The notes: a model not told the origin generated them from the sequence alone. Counted from the stretch's first letter, positions 9,942 to 19,990 are shown. The stretch is DNA of 64,000 nucleotides from an uncultured delta proteobacterium (GCA_963745835.1 CAVUZH010000003.1:1248001-1312000); one strand, 5' to 3'. A program made the numbers and translations.

Positions 9942-11484
9942 ATGAGCTCAATCGTCTCCGATCATTTCATTTTGCTCCCGCCGCGCGGAACCATCGTGGA
10001 GGGATTGCTCGGCACTCGTGCTCTCAAGTCATTTATGCTGCTCTCAACGATGCCCAGAAAGCTGACCGCGCAGTAGCGGTGAGAGCTGGAGCAGCACGGG
10101 CCGGCCTGTCAGGGACCGCACCAAAGATGCGTGTGCTAGACTCGCTGCACGAGAACGGGGCGAAACTCGTACAGATGCCACCCGAAGCCGCGGCTGCGCT
10201 CCGCGCCGAGCAGCCCGGCCTCAGGCTCGCCCCGCTCGTCCACTACCGGAAGGCCGACGCGCCTCGTCCTAAGATTCTCGAACAATTTCGCACGGCGGCG
10301 CGCACAACCGCCCGCGCAGCGCGTGGCCCTCAAGTCGGACGTCTGAAGCTGAAGATGCTCATCCAAGGCACTACCTTACCCGCTGTGGGCGCGGATGTTC
10401 TCGTCTTTACCAATTATGCGAACCGCGTGGGAGCGGAGGGTAAAAGCAACAAACGCGGTGAAGTCACCCTGGCTTTGGGCCCTGACCCCGTGCGTGTGCA
10501 AAAGCTTTTCATTTATCCGGCGAGCGGCTGTTGGAGTCTGCTCAAGCAGAATATCTCCCTGGCTTCTGGCCAGCAGTTCACTCTGCGCCCGCTCGATTTG
10601 TCCTTCACAGACGTGCTTCGCCATTTCCACGGCAATGCACCTCTCAACGTCGGCCAAGGTGTCAAAGTTGCCGTCGTGGACAGTGGAGTGAACCGGCATC
10701 ACGACGATCTGACGGTGGCAGGCGGACGCTGCACCGTGGCCGGAGAAATACTGCCGAGTACGGCGATGTCGGTGACAGCCACGGCACACATGTCGCCGGC
10801 ATCATCGCCGCGCGTGGCACCGCGCCGGACGGATTGCGAGGCCTTGCGCCCGCCGTGCTGCTCTACAGCTATCGCGTTTTCGGCCGAAACAGCGAAGACG
10901 CATCGTCTTTCGACATCCTAAAGGCGCTGGACGCCGCCCGCGCCGACAAATGCGATCTCATCAACTTGAGCCTGACCTACGGCCAGACGGATGAGGTTTT
11001 GCGCGCAGGTATCGAGAATGCTCGCGCTGCCGGAATTCTCGTCATTGCCGCGTCCGGCAACGATGGACGCCAGCCGGTAAGCTTTCCCGCGTCCGATGAA
11101 ATGGCAGTGGCCGTTTCCGCAACCGGCCGCAAAGGCACTTTCCCGGCCGATTCTACCTCGTTCCCGCATGGGAAAGTTCCATTCGGCAGGGACCGCAAAA
11201 ACTTCATCGGAGACTTTTCTAACATCGGCCCGGAGACGGATTTGACCGGACCGGGGGTTGATGTTCTCTCGACCGTGCCGGGCGGCTATGCTGCCATGAG
11301 CGGCACTTCTATGGCGTGCCCAGCGGTGACCGGCATGGCGGCGCGGATGCTCGCGAAGAACAAGCCCCTCCTCGGCCGGAAGCGCGATGCCGCGCGTTCC
11401 GAGGCCATTGCGCGACTGCTGCTGCGCTCGGCCCGCCCGCTGGGCTTCGGGCCAAAGTTTGAAGGGCGGGGTCTTGTGCGTTAG
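9942..11484 (+). CDS. Second S8 serine peptidase (~514 aa), split by two single-base deletions
   Basis: ATG 9942 MSSIVSDHFILLPPRG; VAVVDSG, SHGTHVAG, AASGN, SGTSMACP; adding one base near 10033 (ttt run) and one near 10750 (aaa run) gives one continuous frame. Confidence 0.82.
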
Positions 11485-11493
11485 AGTGGTGCT

Positions 11494-11718
11494 ATGAAAC
11501 GGTTTATCTTCCGCTTCCGTGGCAAAGGCGAAACATCGGAAGCCGATGTCGACCGCATCCGCTCGCAAAGCCGTGTGGTGGATGATTCCTCTCCCCGTAT
11601 GTTGCTGGTGGAAGTTCCGGAAAAAAAAGCCGCGAACTGGCCAGATCCCTCAAGGATTGGGCGGTAAGCGAGGAACGCCACCTGTCCCGTCCCAATCCCC
11701 GGCCCAAAACTCAAGTAA
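11494..11718 (+). CDS. Small (~74 aa) protein resembling a free subtilase propeptide / I9-like inhibitor, with apparent indels
   Basis: Own translation: MKRFIFRFRGKGETSEADVDRIRSQSRVVDDSSPRMLLVEVPEKKA(fs)ELARSLKDWAVSEER(fs)TCPVPIPGPKLK; starts 9 bp after the S8 stop. Confidence 0.6.
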
Positions 11719-12516
11719 GCGACGGCCGCAACAAACGTCACCTCGCCGGAGCCTGTGGAGTTACCCATTAGAAGGCAGGTTCAACTGGCAAGACCTCTCC
11801 CATAAGAATCGGTTGTGTTATTCCTCCCGGTAAATTTCGCGTGACCTTAGGCTATTACGCCATCGCGTGCCCGCGTACCATTCATGAACCGCTCAAGCCA
11901 GCTTCCCGGCACCGACGGATTCGCGGTGGGCTGGGATTCCGGTTGGGAGATCAGGAACCCAGCTACTTTTCTATGTTGCTGTCTTCAGCGCTGCTCCTTG
12001 AATGACGCGAGGGGTGCAAAATGAACCTGGCCCAACCAGAGGCTAATTCGGCGAAACACTTACAGCTTGTCAGGAATTTAGCAAAGGCCGCTGCAATGGT
12101 GCTTGAGAGCACAGGATTTGATAACCTGCGCTAAAAAAAGAATTGTAAAAGTAATACGTTATCCGCCGTGCCAGGTTGTGCCAAGTAAAACTTGCAAAGA
12201 ACTCGGGTTTACCTCGAACCGCGAAGAACTGCCGAAGAAATTGTATTCGTTCCGAGATACTCTGAGCCGTTAGGGTACGTAGCTCTTTGCCTGTTCCGTA
12301 AGGTATCCGGCATTTAAATCAAGGCCGATCTCCTGTGCATCTCTCTCCTGAGTGTTCATGAACAAAAAATTTATTATTTTTCGTCGACAGAGATGGCTAT
12401 GTGAGAGATTGCATTCATGCAGACTATCTAGAGAAGCGAACCGTCAAAACCAGCAGCAAGGGTGTCGCTAGCCGCCGATCAAGTCGGCCAACAACCATAA
12501 AAGCGGAGAACCGTCG

Positions 12517-12693
12517 TTAGGAGCAACTAGCACGGTTTAACCAGCGACGTCTCAGCAGCACTGCTCCCAACACCGTCGCCACTATAATTGGCACCACCCA
12601 GTGAAGCCCCAGGTCATGAAGCAGATAGCCCTCAGCAAAGCCGATTACGTTAAACACGAGCACGAACAGGATGAGCTTTAGACGGCGTGACAT
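12517..12693 (-). CDS. Small two-TM membrane protein
   Basis: MSRRLKLILFVLVFNVIGFAEGYLLHDLGLHWVVPIIVATVLGAVLLRRR. Confidence 0.55.
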   Translation of the reverse strand: MSRRLKLILFVLVFNVIGFAEGYLLHDLGLHWVVPIIVATVLGAVLLRRRWLNRASCS

Positions 12694-12746
12694 CGGAGTG
12701 GGGGCCGTCGGTATTGTGGTCGATACAGAGCTATGTCGCAGTCGTG

Positions 12747-13512
12747 TTAAGGCACGACTCCACGCACTGCCCAAGCCTTGGTCTTGAGGGAAAATGGTTC
12801 ATCCAGGCCATCGAGATATTCTGCCGCATTGCTGTTCTCAACGCTTCATGACGATCTGCCGATAGACGTTCCATGCACACATTCGCAGGGCCTTCGGCAT
12901 TCAAACAACGCTGCCACAGCTCATCAAACGAAGAAAACTGGCAACGCATTAACAAGTCTGTTGCTTCGATGTCGGTCAAACAGCACGGTTCCAGAGCTGT
13001 GAAAGGGCTTCAGCAGAACCATATGACCCTTGTCTGCCGAAAGGCCGCTTCGCGTTGTATCAATGGCTTCTACGGCATCCCAAAAGCAGCCGTAAAGCTC
13101 ATTAGCGCGGCTACGGTCCCACATGGTAGTTGCCACGATCCCCGCTGCTTTAGTAACGCGGCGCATTTCCATGGTTGCCTTCGGAGCATCTGGTATGTGG
13201 TCAACCGCAAGCAGAGCCATGCAACGGTCGAAAGAGGTGTCTGGGCAAGGCAGGTTTTGCGCATCGCCGAGCTCGAAGGTTACTCGTGGTTTGCGTTCTA
13301 GCGTAATCGATGAATCCCCTCGAAGGATCGATGCCCTACGATCTTCGAGGCCCGGGTGACTCTGGCCAGTGTCGCTGACAAGGAGCCAGTGCCGCAGCCA
13401 ACATCAAGCACATTCTCACCATCCCGAACATCGACAAACTCCACGAATAACGCCGCCAACTGCCGGCTCCATCGCCCATCGTCTCGTCGTACGCTTCGGC
13501 GACTTCAAACAT
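12747..13512 (-). pseudogene. Class I SAM-dependent methyltransferase with multiple frameshifts
   Basis: Across frames: MFEVAEAYDETMG, VLDVGCGTGSL, IVGIDPS, EMRRVTKAAGIVATTMWD, AWAVRGVVP. Confidence 0.75.
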
Positions 13513-13567
13513 AACGCCTCCTTCTACGTGAGCTTGGCCAATACATTGGAGTGCGGCTCGGTAGATA

Positions 13568-13605
13568 CACTGCCTAGGATTTAGCATGTGCTGATATACC
13601 GCACG
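13568..13605 (-). repeat. Copy a of the repeated small-gene 3' fragment
   Basis: Encodes RAVYQHMLNPRQ; gctgatataccgcacg is identical to copy b. Confidence 0.6.
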
Positions 13606-13685
13606 GTGTGCCCATCGCTTTGCTTGGATAGCCAACCGTGATTGTTTAAAAGCCGACGAGCAGAACAGGTGTCATGTGAAAACAC

Positions 13686-14147
13686 CTATGGCTGCAGAAG
13701 ATAACCCTCAAATGTAGGCGGGAAAACGTTATGGTCGAGCACTCCTGAAGCCTTTACATCGCCATTACCATTTTTTTCGATACGAAGGGTAGCATCGATT
13801 GTGAACGTATTGTCGTTGTTGTTGATGATGCTACCCCCGATCACCTTTCCGGAAAAACTGCCCCGCAGAGTAGTGAGATTCCATTTGCCGCCCAGAATGT
13901 CTGAACTATCAAAAGGCATCGGAAGCGGATCATGCTGCACGGAAACCCAAAAGAATCCTGGTGCATTCTTATTGTCGACTATACAGTGACAGGTACCGGT
14001 AAACACAGCGGCCTCGCACGGCAAAAACTGAGCGCAAACCTCTACGCCCGAAACCTCACCTTGTATGACCGGGTTTGATGCGCCAGCAGGCTGAGCAGGA
14101 AACAAAAATACAGCAACGAATCCTAAACCCAACAGTAACTGTTTCAT
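13686..14147 (-). CDS. Secreted beta-rich hypothetical protein
   Basis: RBS ggaggtg; signal peptide MKQLLLGLGFVAVFLFPAQPAGA. Confidence 0.75.
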   Translation of the reverse strand: MKQLLLGLGFVAVFLFPAQPAGASNPVIQGEVSGVEVCAQFLPCEAAVFTGTCHCIVDNKNAPGFFWVSVQHDPLPMPFDSSDILGGKWNLTTLRGSFSGKVIGGSIINNNDNTFTIDATLRIEKNGNGDVKASGVLDHNVFPPTFEGYLLQP

Positions 14148-14269
14148 TTGACACCTCCGATAAGAATCAGCCGACAATTAAAGCCCCGACATCTTATCAG
14201 TATGTTAACGGAACCGCCTATGACAATCTAGCTCTAGGAATGGCAGAGACTAGCTCAGGCGAAAACCAT

Positions 14270-14371
14270 TCATTGAGTCGTCGGATTCAGAATGGGCTGA
14301 TATACCGCACGCTGTTCGAGCAATTTATCCTTGAACTCCGCATCGGTGATGACGCCTTTCTCGATCAGTAG
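14270..14371 (-). repeat. Copy b of the repeated small-gene 3' fragment
   Basis: Encodes LLIEKGVITDAEFKDKLLEQRAVYQPILNPTTQ*. Confidence 0.8.
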
Positions 14372-14467
14372 ATTGGGAGTTTTCTTGAATCCACTCTCAC
14401 AAATACCGTCTCCGTTGCAGTTGCTTTCCGTCCACCGCCAGTAGGTTCTGAGATATGAGCAATCAAG

Positions 14468-14689
14468 ATGACCATTTGCCTCAGCTCCTCACAGTGGGAA
14501 GAATTAGAAAAGCACCTACCGCTGGACGCGTGCCCAAAGCGAGTTGGACTGCCAGAGTTCACGATGATCCAGGAGAACGACTGTCGACCGCTTCTCGATG
14601 AAGCGCAGTATGAGACACTCATCGGTATAGCACGAGCACATTGCAGCGACCTTGTACCATTAATAGAGAGGCAAAAACGGGCTTCCTAG
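14468..14689 (+). CDS. Hypothetical protein
   Basis: 73-aa ORF between repeat copies b and c; no recognised motif. Confidence 0.4.
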   Translation: MTICLSSSQWEELEKHLPLDACPKRVGLPEFTMIQENDCRPLLDEAQYETLIGIARAHCSDLVPLIERQKRAS

Positions 14690-14758
14690 TATTTCGCCAT
14701 CAGTTCACCGCGGAGCTAGGCGTCGAGACATGTGGCTGTCTTCGTTTCTCCAGAACGA

Positions 14759-14926
14759 TTACTGCGTTATCGGATTCAGAATACGTTGATAGACGGCACG
14801 CTCCTCTAGTAGCTTCTGCTTGAACTCTGCGTCAGTGATGATGCCCTTCTCAATCAGTAGCTTCGTGAGGATGTCTATCTGGGCAAAATTTGCGAGCATA
14901 AGTTCTTGCAGCGATACGGTTTGCCT
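14759..14926 (-). CDS. Small helical protein (copy c, most complete copy of the repeat)
   Basis: QTVSLQELMLANFAQIDILTKLLIEKGIITDAEFKQKLLEERAVYQRILNPITQ*; 5' end joined to the nuclease fragment. Confidence 0.65.
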   Translation of the reverse strand, partial: RQTVSLQELMLANFAQIDILTKLLIEKGIITDAEFKQKLLEERAVYQRILNPITQ

Positions 14927-15160
14927 TCCACGATGCGCCGGGTGAATGCAGCAGCCTCTTTGCCGAAGTGCTCAACGGTTTATTGGGATGCTTCGTTTCC
15001 GGAGTATCAACACCGATGAGGCGCACACGCTCACCGTTCTCCATCACCAACGCCATCGATTACACGCTCCACAACACGGTAATTGCTATCAATAGGAGCA
15101 GCGCGGTCGGCAATGCTACAGCCGAGCAGGTTCAGAGCGGCGATGAGAAAGAGAGTGACA
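14920..15160 (-). pseudogene. Thermonuclease (SNase) family lipoprotein, N-terminal fragment
   Basis: LLGC lipobox, VERVIDG, ERVRLIGVDTPE, KHP..VEHFGKEAAAFTRRIVEGK, then truncated. Confidence 0.8.
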
Positions 15161-15682
15161 ATTAAGGTTGTGAGCTTACGCGAGCAACGAAAGGCTGGAT
15201 GTGTCTGCGCATCAAGGGCGCATAGTCGGTCAGGAGAGGAAAAGCGTCAAGCGGAATATGGCGGATCTAAAAGCGACGCTTGCAGCATGGTCACGAGATG
15301 TTACTTAAGACGCTCATAGACTTTTCTACCGCTCGCGCTGTAGTGATAACGACCACCGCGTGATCCAATGTAAGTGACCGGAGCTGTGATAAACTAGTTT
15401 TTCCCTCGATTACGCGCGGCTTAGTTTGGCTCGTTGCTTCTGTCTCGGTGGATTGAGCACGATGACAATGGTACCACCATCTTTTCTATCATGATGGCAG
15501 CCTTGTGCGTCCAGTCCACCGCCGTGGAGGTAAACGGGAACGACTATGAGCAGAGGAAGAGTCAGCAAACAAACAGCCATGCGATTTTCATTAGTCAGTG
15601 CTCACATTCTTGTGAGATACTTACTTGTTTAAGATCATCCGCAGTAGAGCAATATACGGGCTGATCTCAGTATCAAGTTCTC

Positions 15683-15859
15683 TCAAAGCGTCCCAGTCAA
15701 CAGGATGATCTTGGCGTAGGTGTCCCATCGGTCACTGGAGCAGAGATAGCCATTCCAGGTCTTTCCATCGGAAAGCCTCTGGTAGACGTAGTGATTCTTG
15801 GGATCGAGCCAGTAGGTGTTACCGTGGCCGTCCTTGCCTAAGTATTCGCGTTCTTCCAT
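15683..15859 (-). CDS. Small phage-like hypothetical protein
   Basis: RBS aaggag; MEEREYLGKDGHGNTYWLDPKNHYVYQR. Confidence 0.55.
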   Translation of the reverse strand: MEEREYLGKDGHGNTYWLDPKNHYVYQRLSDGKTWNGYLCSSDRWDTYAKIILLTGTL

Positions 15860-16257
15860 GGTTCTGTTCTCCTTTTCCTCTCGGTTAAGCACGCCAATTC
15901 GCAAGGTATTCCCGAGCTCCTGGTTCTACGGGCCATAGTCCCTACCATCCAAGGGATTGCGTCCCGTTTCTCAATTCAACAATTTCGATTAGTTGTGACG
16001 TTCGAGGTGTTATCGAGGTGTCGAGTCGATCAAACTACGCTTCGGAAAAATCCGACCTGGGTTTTCTCGTTTGCGTTTTATCCGCTCACTAACTCCACAA
16101 TCCAGTCGGGCCGACTGGCGTTTTGGCTAATCGCCTCGATCGACTTCGTTAGGCATAAGCGAAACGTCAATCGCCAATCATGTTCCCTGTCACTTTGTAC
16201 GGTGAGCAATGGGATAAGATGCTAGACGAGAACTTCATCGCCACAATGCGAGAGGTT

Positions 16258-16527
16258 TTAGCTAACCCTGTCTTCCGTGCCAAAGCAGCGGCAGTCAAAG
16301 CGCAACGTTATAGGGGAAATGGTGTGCTTCTGGAATCGTAAGTTGGAGAGGTCTGCTTGATTAACGGGATCGTAGCAAGCTTCTTCCCCTTTGAATTTCA
16401 TTCCCTCTCTGGCTTCTTCCCCCGCGCGCATCGCGCTTAAAATCTCCCTTAGCATCTCGATGCTATAGCGCAGGAGCCGATTGCAGTCCTCTACTCCACA
16501 GGTACAGTGATTGTTCATAAGTGCCAT
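16258..16527 (-). CDS. Hypothetical protein
   Basis: 89-aa ORF with ATG start; no recognised motif. Confidence 0.3.
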   Translation of the reverse strand: MALMNNHCTCGVEDCNRLLRYSIEMLREILSAMRAGEEAREGMKFKGEEACYDPVNQADLSNLRFQKHTISPITLRFDCRCFGTEDRVS

Positions 16528-16900
16528 GAAAGTGCTAAAAGCATACCAAGTTGTGTTGCGAGATTTTTAGGGGAGTACGGTGATGCGAGTATCGCCGCTC
16601 GGCTACACCAGCCGAAAGCTGCTTTGATTAATGAGTGAAAGAGAAAGGGGGTTTTGCTATCGCCGGACAGTGATAGCTTTGTTCGCTCATAGACTGGGTT
16701 GGACGCAAATCGGAACGGGCCGCACTATTTGTCAGCTAGTGTCGACTGTCAATCGCCTAGTCAAGATCCTTAGAAATTCGAATAGCAGGAACCGGACAAT
16801 TCGAGTGATGTTTGTTAGCCGACACTGCACCGCGATAAGTGCAGTAAGGCAAAGTCAAAGCAGTTTTGGATACTTGTCAGTCCAGCGTAGCTTCACCCGT

Positions 16901-17005
16901 ACGGTCGATACGTACGGTCACTTAGTTCCGGGTGGAAATCGTCAAGCCGTGGACAAGCTCGATCAGCGGGTAACGGTTACGGAGAAGACAGAAGCAACGG
17001 CCTGA
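16901..17005 (+). pseudogene. Tyrosine integrase C-terminal remnant
   Basis: TVDTYGHLVPGGNRQAVDKLD matches the catalytic-Tyr segment; points toward the att at 17089. Confidence 0.75.
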
Positions 17006-17021
17006 TTCAATTCAAGACACA

Positions 17022-17084
17022 GTGGAAACAAAAGTGGAAACAATTGGAGAGAAGGCTAGATTAGAGGCGCGTAAGTTGTTGATT
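17022..17084. promoter_or_regulatory. Arm-type repeat GTGGAAACA x2 plus IHF consensus box
   Basis: gtggaaacaaaagtggaaaca at 17022-17042; taagttgttgatt at 17072-17084 matches YAANNNNTTGATW. Confidence 0.65.
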
Positions 17085-17088
17085 CCAT

Positions 17089-17133
17089 TGGCGCGCCCGG
17101 AGGGATTTGAACCCCCAACCCCCAGATTCGTAG
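17089..17133 (-). repeat. Exact 45-bp copy of the tRNA-Arg 3' half (att site)
   Basis: Identical to 32595-32639. Confidence 0.95.
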
Positions 17134-17238
17134 AAGCGAGCAGCGCTTTATCTCAGATTCTGTGAAATCACGTACCGTTTAAATTCAAGTATTTATCCGC
17201 GACTATCAACCGGAGAAAAGCTCACATAAGTTGAGCCG

Positions 17239-17259
17239 ATGGACACATTTTGGACACAT
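17239..17259. repeat. Arm-type repeat ATGGACACATTTTGGACACAT (element A left end)
   Basis: 21 bp identical to 32530-32550. Confidence 0.85.
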
Positions 17260-17829
17260 TGCAAATCAGTCCAGTCCTGCTCCTGAGCGCAGAATCTGCT
17301 GACATCCCGAGTTCCTTCCATGTGTTATCCGATTCCGCAGACACATATGGTTGCTGATCTCGTGCGGCTTTAATGTTTTTTCCATCTGTCTCGCAACAAC
17401 GACGCGACCATCGGGAAGATCTTTGCCGAATAAGCGCCATACACGAACCTATCAAGCGATCGTACCTGGAACGTTCGGCAATTTGGATCGAAGTAGTTCA
17501 CCCTGCCCGGGTGGCTGACGCTCAGGCAATGGCTTTCCGCCATTCGAATCGATTATCGTGATTCGCTCCTTCTTGAGCGAAGTCAGAAGGGATGTTCGCG
17601 CTAAGAACGTGAAATGCTCCAGTCAGCATGAGATGCTCGCGAGTCCGATAGGATCGCACGCCACCAATCAATTGCTTTTCCAAGCCCGGACACTCTTCGG
17701 GCGGTGCCGTGCGGCGAATGAACCGGAACCGCTAGTGTGTCTCATACCGCACTTGACAAGGGTATCCACGGTCCAGCGAAATGGTTCCTTTTATCAGATT
17801 CCGCTAATTTATCGACTGCCTTCACTAAA

Positions 17830-18960
17830 TCACGACAGAATGCTTGCCGCCAACTCTTGCACGTCGTTCTTTTTGTCCGGCACAAAATGCGCATAGGACT
17901 TCAGGGTGATGACAGAATCCCGATGTCCGAGGAGATTGCTCACCTTCGGTATTGCCACGCCCCGGGAAAGAAGCAGTGAGGCAAACGTATGGCGCAGCTT
18001 ATGAAGCGTAAGCCGTTTAACCTCGGCTACCTCGATCGCGCTGTCCATGATCTGCATTGCGGCCTTACGGTGAAGCGGTTTCCCCTCTATCGTCGCGAAT
18101 ACCAAGTCGTGTTCACTGCGCGGGCATTTGAGCTTCCAAAGCTTTAGTTCATGCGCCAATTCTTGCGGTAGGTCGAGACTGCGCCGGCTGCTCTTTGATT
18201 TAGGCGCGCGAAGCTGCCGCCCGCCTTTTTCTTTGGACTCATCAACGAGGTTTAACCGGACGTGAATCTTATTCCCTTTGAAGTCGACGGCCGGCCAAGT
18301 CAAACCTAGAACCTCGCCGATCCGGAAGCCGGTTAGCGCTGGAACCATGACCAGGACCCGCTCGAGACTACCCGGCGCCGTCGCTCCAACTAGCTTTTGT
18401 AGTTCCTCTTCTGAATAGACCTGCTCCGGCCTTACCTCTTCATCTTCGTTTTCTTCGTTTGAGACCTTCAGCCGTTCGGCGAGCTCAGCAACGTTCGCCC
18501 TTCCCTGAATCGGCCCATAGCGCTGCGCCAGTTTGAAGATAGCCGTCAAAGTCGTGAGGGTCTTATTGGCGGTATTAACCGACGTCATTCTCGCCCACTC
18601 CGCCGCGGCCGACTCGACAGCTTCAACCCCGACCTGCTGAATTGGGAGATCCCCGAGCAGCGGCACAATGTATTTATCGATATGCGTGCGCCAGTTCTGA
18701 AGAGTTGAAAAGCGGTAAGTGCCGGCCGCCTTCTTCCGCGCATGCCACTTCTCAGCAATGTCTTTGACGGTATCTTTCGACGGTAGGATAAAATCGCCGC
18801 GGGAGACCTGCGCAATCGCCTCTTTATCGTAATCCGAGGCCCGCTTGTATGTCGGGAAGGTTTTCCGGATCCGCTTTCCGTTCTGATCGCGAAAATCAAC
18901 GACGTAAGTTCCGGCCGCAGTTTTGTTTATTGCCATGGGTTCAATCTCCTCGCTTCTCAT
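17830..18960 (-). CDS. int: Tyrosine recombinase / phage integrase
   Basis: GFRIGE, PKSK, HKLRH, LGH and SYAH catalytic motifs; N-terminal arm-binding-like region; start may be ATG 18936. Confidence 0.95.
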   Translation of the reverse strand: MRSEEIEPMAINKTAAGTYVVDFRDQNGKRIRKTFPTYKRASDYDKEAIAQVSRGDFILPSKDTVKDIAEKWHARKKAAGTYRFSTLQNWRTHIDKYIVPLLGDLPIQQVGVEAVESAAAEWARMTSVNTANKTLTTLTAIFKLAQRYGPIQGRANVAELAERLKVSNEENEDEEVRPEQVYSEEELQKLVGATAPGSLERVLVMVPALTGFRIGEVLGLTWPAVDFKGNKIHVRLNLVDESKEKGGRQLRAPKSKSSRRSLDLPQELAHELKLWKLKCPRSEHDLVFATIEGKPLHRKAAMQIMDSAIEVAEVKRLTLHKLRHTFASLLLSRGVAIPKVSNLLGHRDSVITLKSYAHFVPDKKNDVQELAASILS

Positions 18961-18978
18961 GCTCTTTACGCAACCGCG

Positions 18979-19170
18979 TTACTTGCCGCGGCCACCTTTG
19001 ATCAGTTTGAACTTTGAGCGTTGCGCCTGCACACGTATTCTTTCCAGCTCATCCCGAAGAAATAAAAGCTCTTCGATTGGTAACCGTGCCAGCTTTTCAT
19101 ATAGGGTTTTGCGGTCATAGCTAAAACCGGCGAGTTGATCCTGGTGCTTGAATTTTGTTAGATCATTCAC
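18979..19170 (-). CDS. Small hypothetical protein upstream of the integrase
   Basis: 63 aa, ends FKLIKGGRGK, co-oriented with int. Confidence 0.5.
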   Translation of the reverse strand: MNDLTKFKHQDQLAGFSYDRKTLYEKLARLPIEELLFLRDELERIRVQAQRSKFKLIKGGRGK

Positions 19171-19182
19171 GAAAAAAACTGT

Positions 19183-19419
19183 TTGGAATACATCGATAGT
19201 TTGATAGGAGGTAATAAGAGGAAGTCAACCAGTGTCGGGCCATACTGCGACCAACAAAACCTCAAAGCCGAGATCGACAAGACACTCCATCGCGCCGAGG
19301 AGCTGTTGCAGAAGAGCGGGCGCCTGCTTGAGGAGTATCGAGAAACAGTAGAACATACCCGACGAATCATCGAGCAAAGCCTTAAGCTGATGGCCAAGCG
19401 GACCGGGGACCGAAGCTAA
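19183..19419 (+). CDS. Small coiled-coil protein
   Basis: Heptad pattern LKAEIDKTLHRAEELLQKSGRLLEEY; start uncertain. Confidence 0.45.
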   Translation: MEYIDSLIGGNKRKSTSVGPYCDQQNLKAEIDKTLHRAEELLQKSGRLLEEYRETVEHTRRIIEQSLKLMAKRTGDRS

Positions 19420-19521
19420 TCCCACCGACCGCTTCGAATTAGCGTTCCAGCACAGCCTTGGCAGGGCCTTTCCCGATCCTTGACAGCTACATAGACTTTA
19501 TGGCAATTGCTTCCCCACAAC

Positions 19522-19731
19522 ATGGCGAACATCCAAGACCAGATAGCGGCCCTCAAAGCGCGTTTCGACGGATTACAGGGCTCACTCGAACAGCAGGCCA
19601 AATCGAGCGCAGAGCTGCGGAACGTACTGGCGAAACTGAATGAAAGTATCGATCTGCTCGTGGAGGCAGAAAAACAACTGGATTCCCTGCAGAAAGGCCG
19701 CCAGACCGAAATCCAGCGGATCCGTTCGTAA
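19522..19731 (+). CDS. Small coiled-coil protein
   Basis: MANIQDQIAALKARFDGLQGSLEQQ, continuous heptads. Confidence 0.55.
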   Translation: MANIQDQIAALKARFDGLQGSLEQQAKSSAELRNVLAKLNESIDLLVEAEKQLDSLQKGRQTEIQRIRS

Positions 19732-19960
19732 ACTCCGGCCCGGGGTTAAACGCCAGCTTTCTTCCTCCTTATCACTTTCTTGTCTGCTTTTTCCCGATCG
19801 CATTTAGCCTGCAACTCGGCCCTCGGTAGGTGTTTGCTGTTCAACTATCTTCAAGTTTGAAGTTTTCTTTGCCATGGGCGTCCCCCCTTTTCCGCTGCGA
19901 CTGTTTCGCTGAGCTTCAGTCAACGGGAGATTGAAGAGCCACGGCAATGCATAGCACACG

Positions 19961-19990
19961 ATTATCGCACTGACCTGACGTATGTCAAGT
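19961..19990 (-). promoter_or_regulatory. Sigma70-like promoter overlapped by an imperfect palindrome
   Basis: Minus strand TTGACA-N16-GATAAT; gacctgac-gtat-gtcaagtc inverted repeat. Confidence 0.45.

Larger units (their letters stand above)
6221..17088. mobile_element. Element B: decayed tRNA-Arg-integrated genomic island
   Basis: Flanked by att fragments; TGGAAACA tandem repeats at both ends (6326-6344, 17022-17042); integrase C-terminal remnant at 16901-17005. Confidence 0.75.

Noticed and set aside
13568-14926. Integron cassette array
   Set aside because: No attC-like inverted repeats or IntI recognised; the repeats read as protein-coding fragments (kept as a separate finding)
15925-15995. 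c-di-GMP-I riboswitch (gaaacgggacgcaa on the minus strand)
   Set aside because: The other conserved elements and stems are absent
16631-17005. 124-aa ORF as a real protein
   Set aside because: Only the last ~35 codons resemble an integrase; the rest looks like chance open frame
17222-17830. Toxin-antitoxin remnant between att and int
   Set aside because: Only a vague SDNTWKELG resemblance; no convincing toxin or HTH frame
19880-19930. Hammerhead ribozyme (ctgaag...gaaac on the minus strand)
   Set aside because: CUGANGA is not matched, and the bases pair better as a simple hairpin
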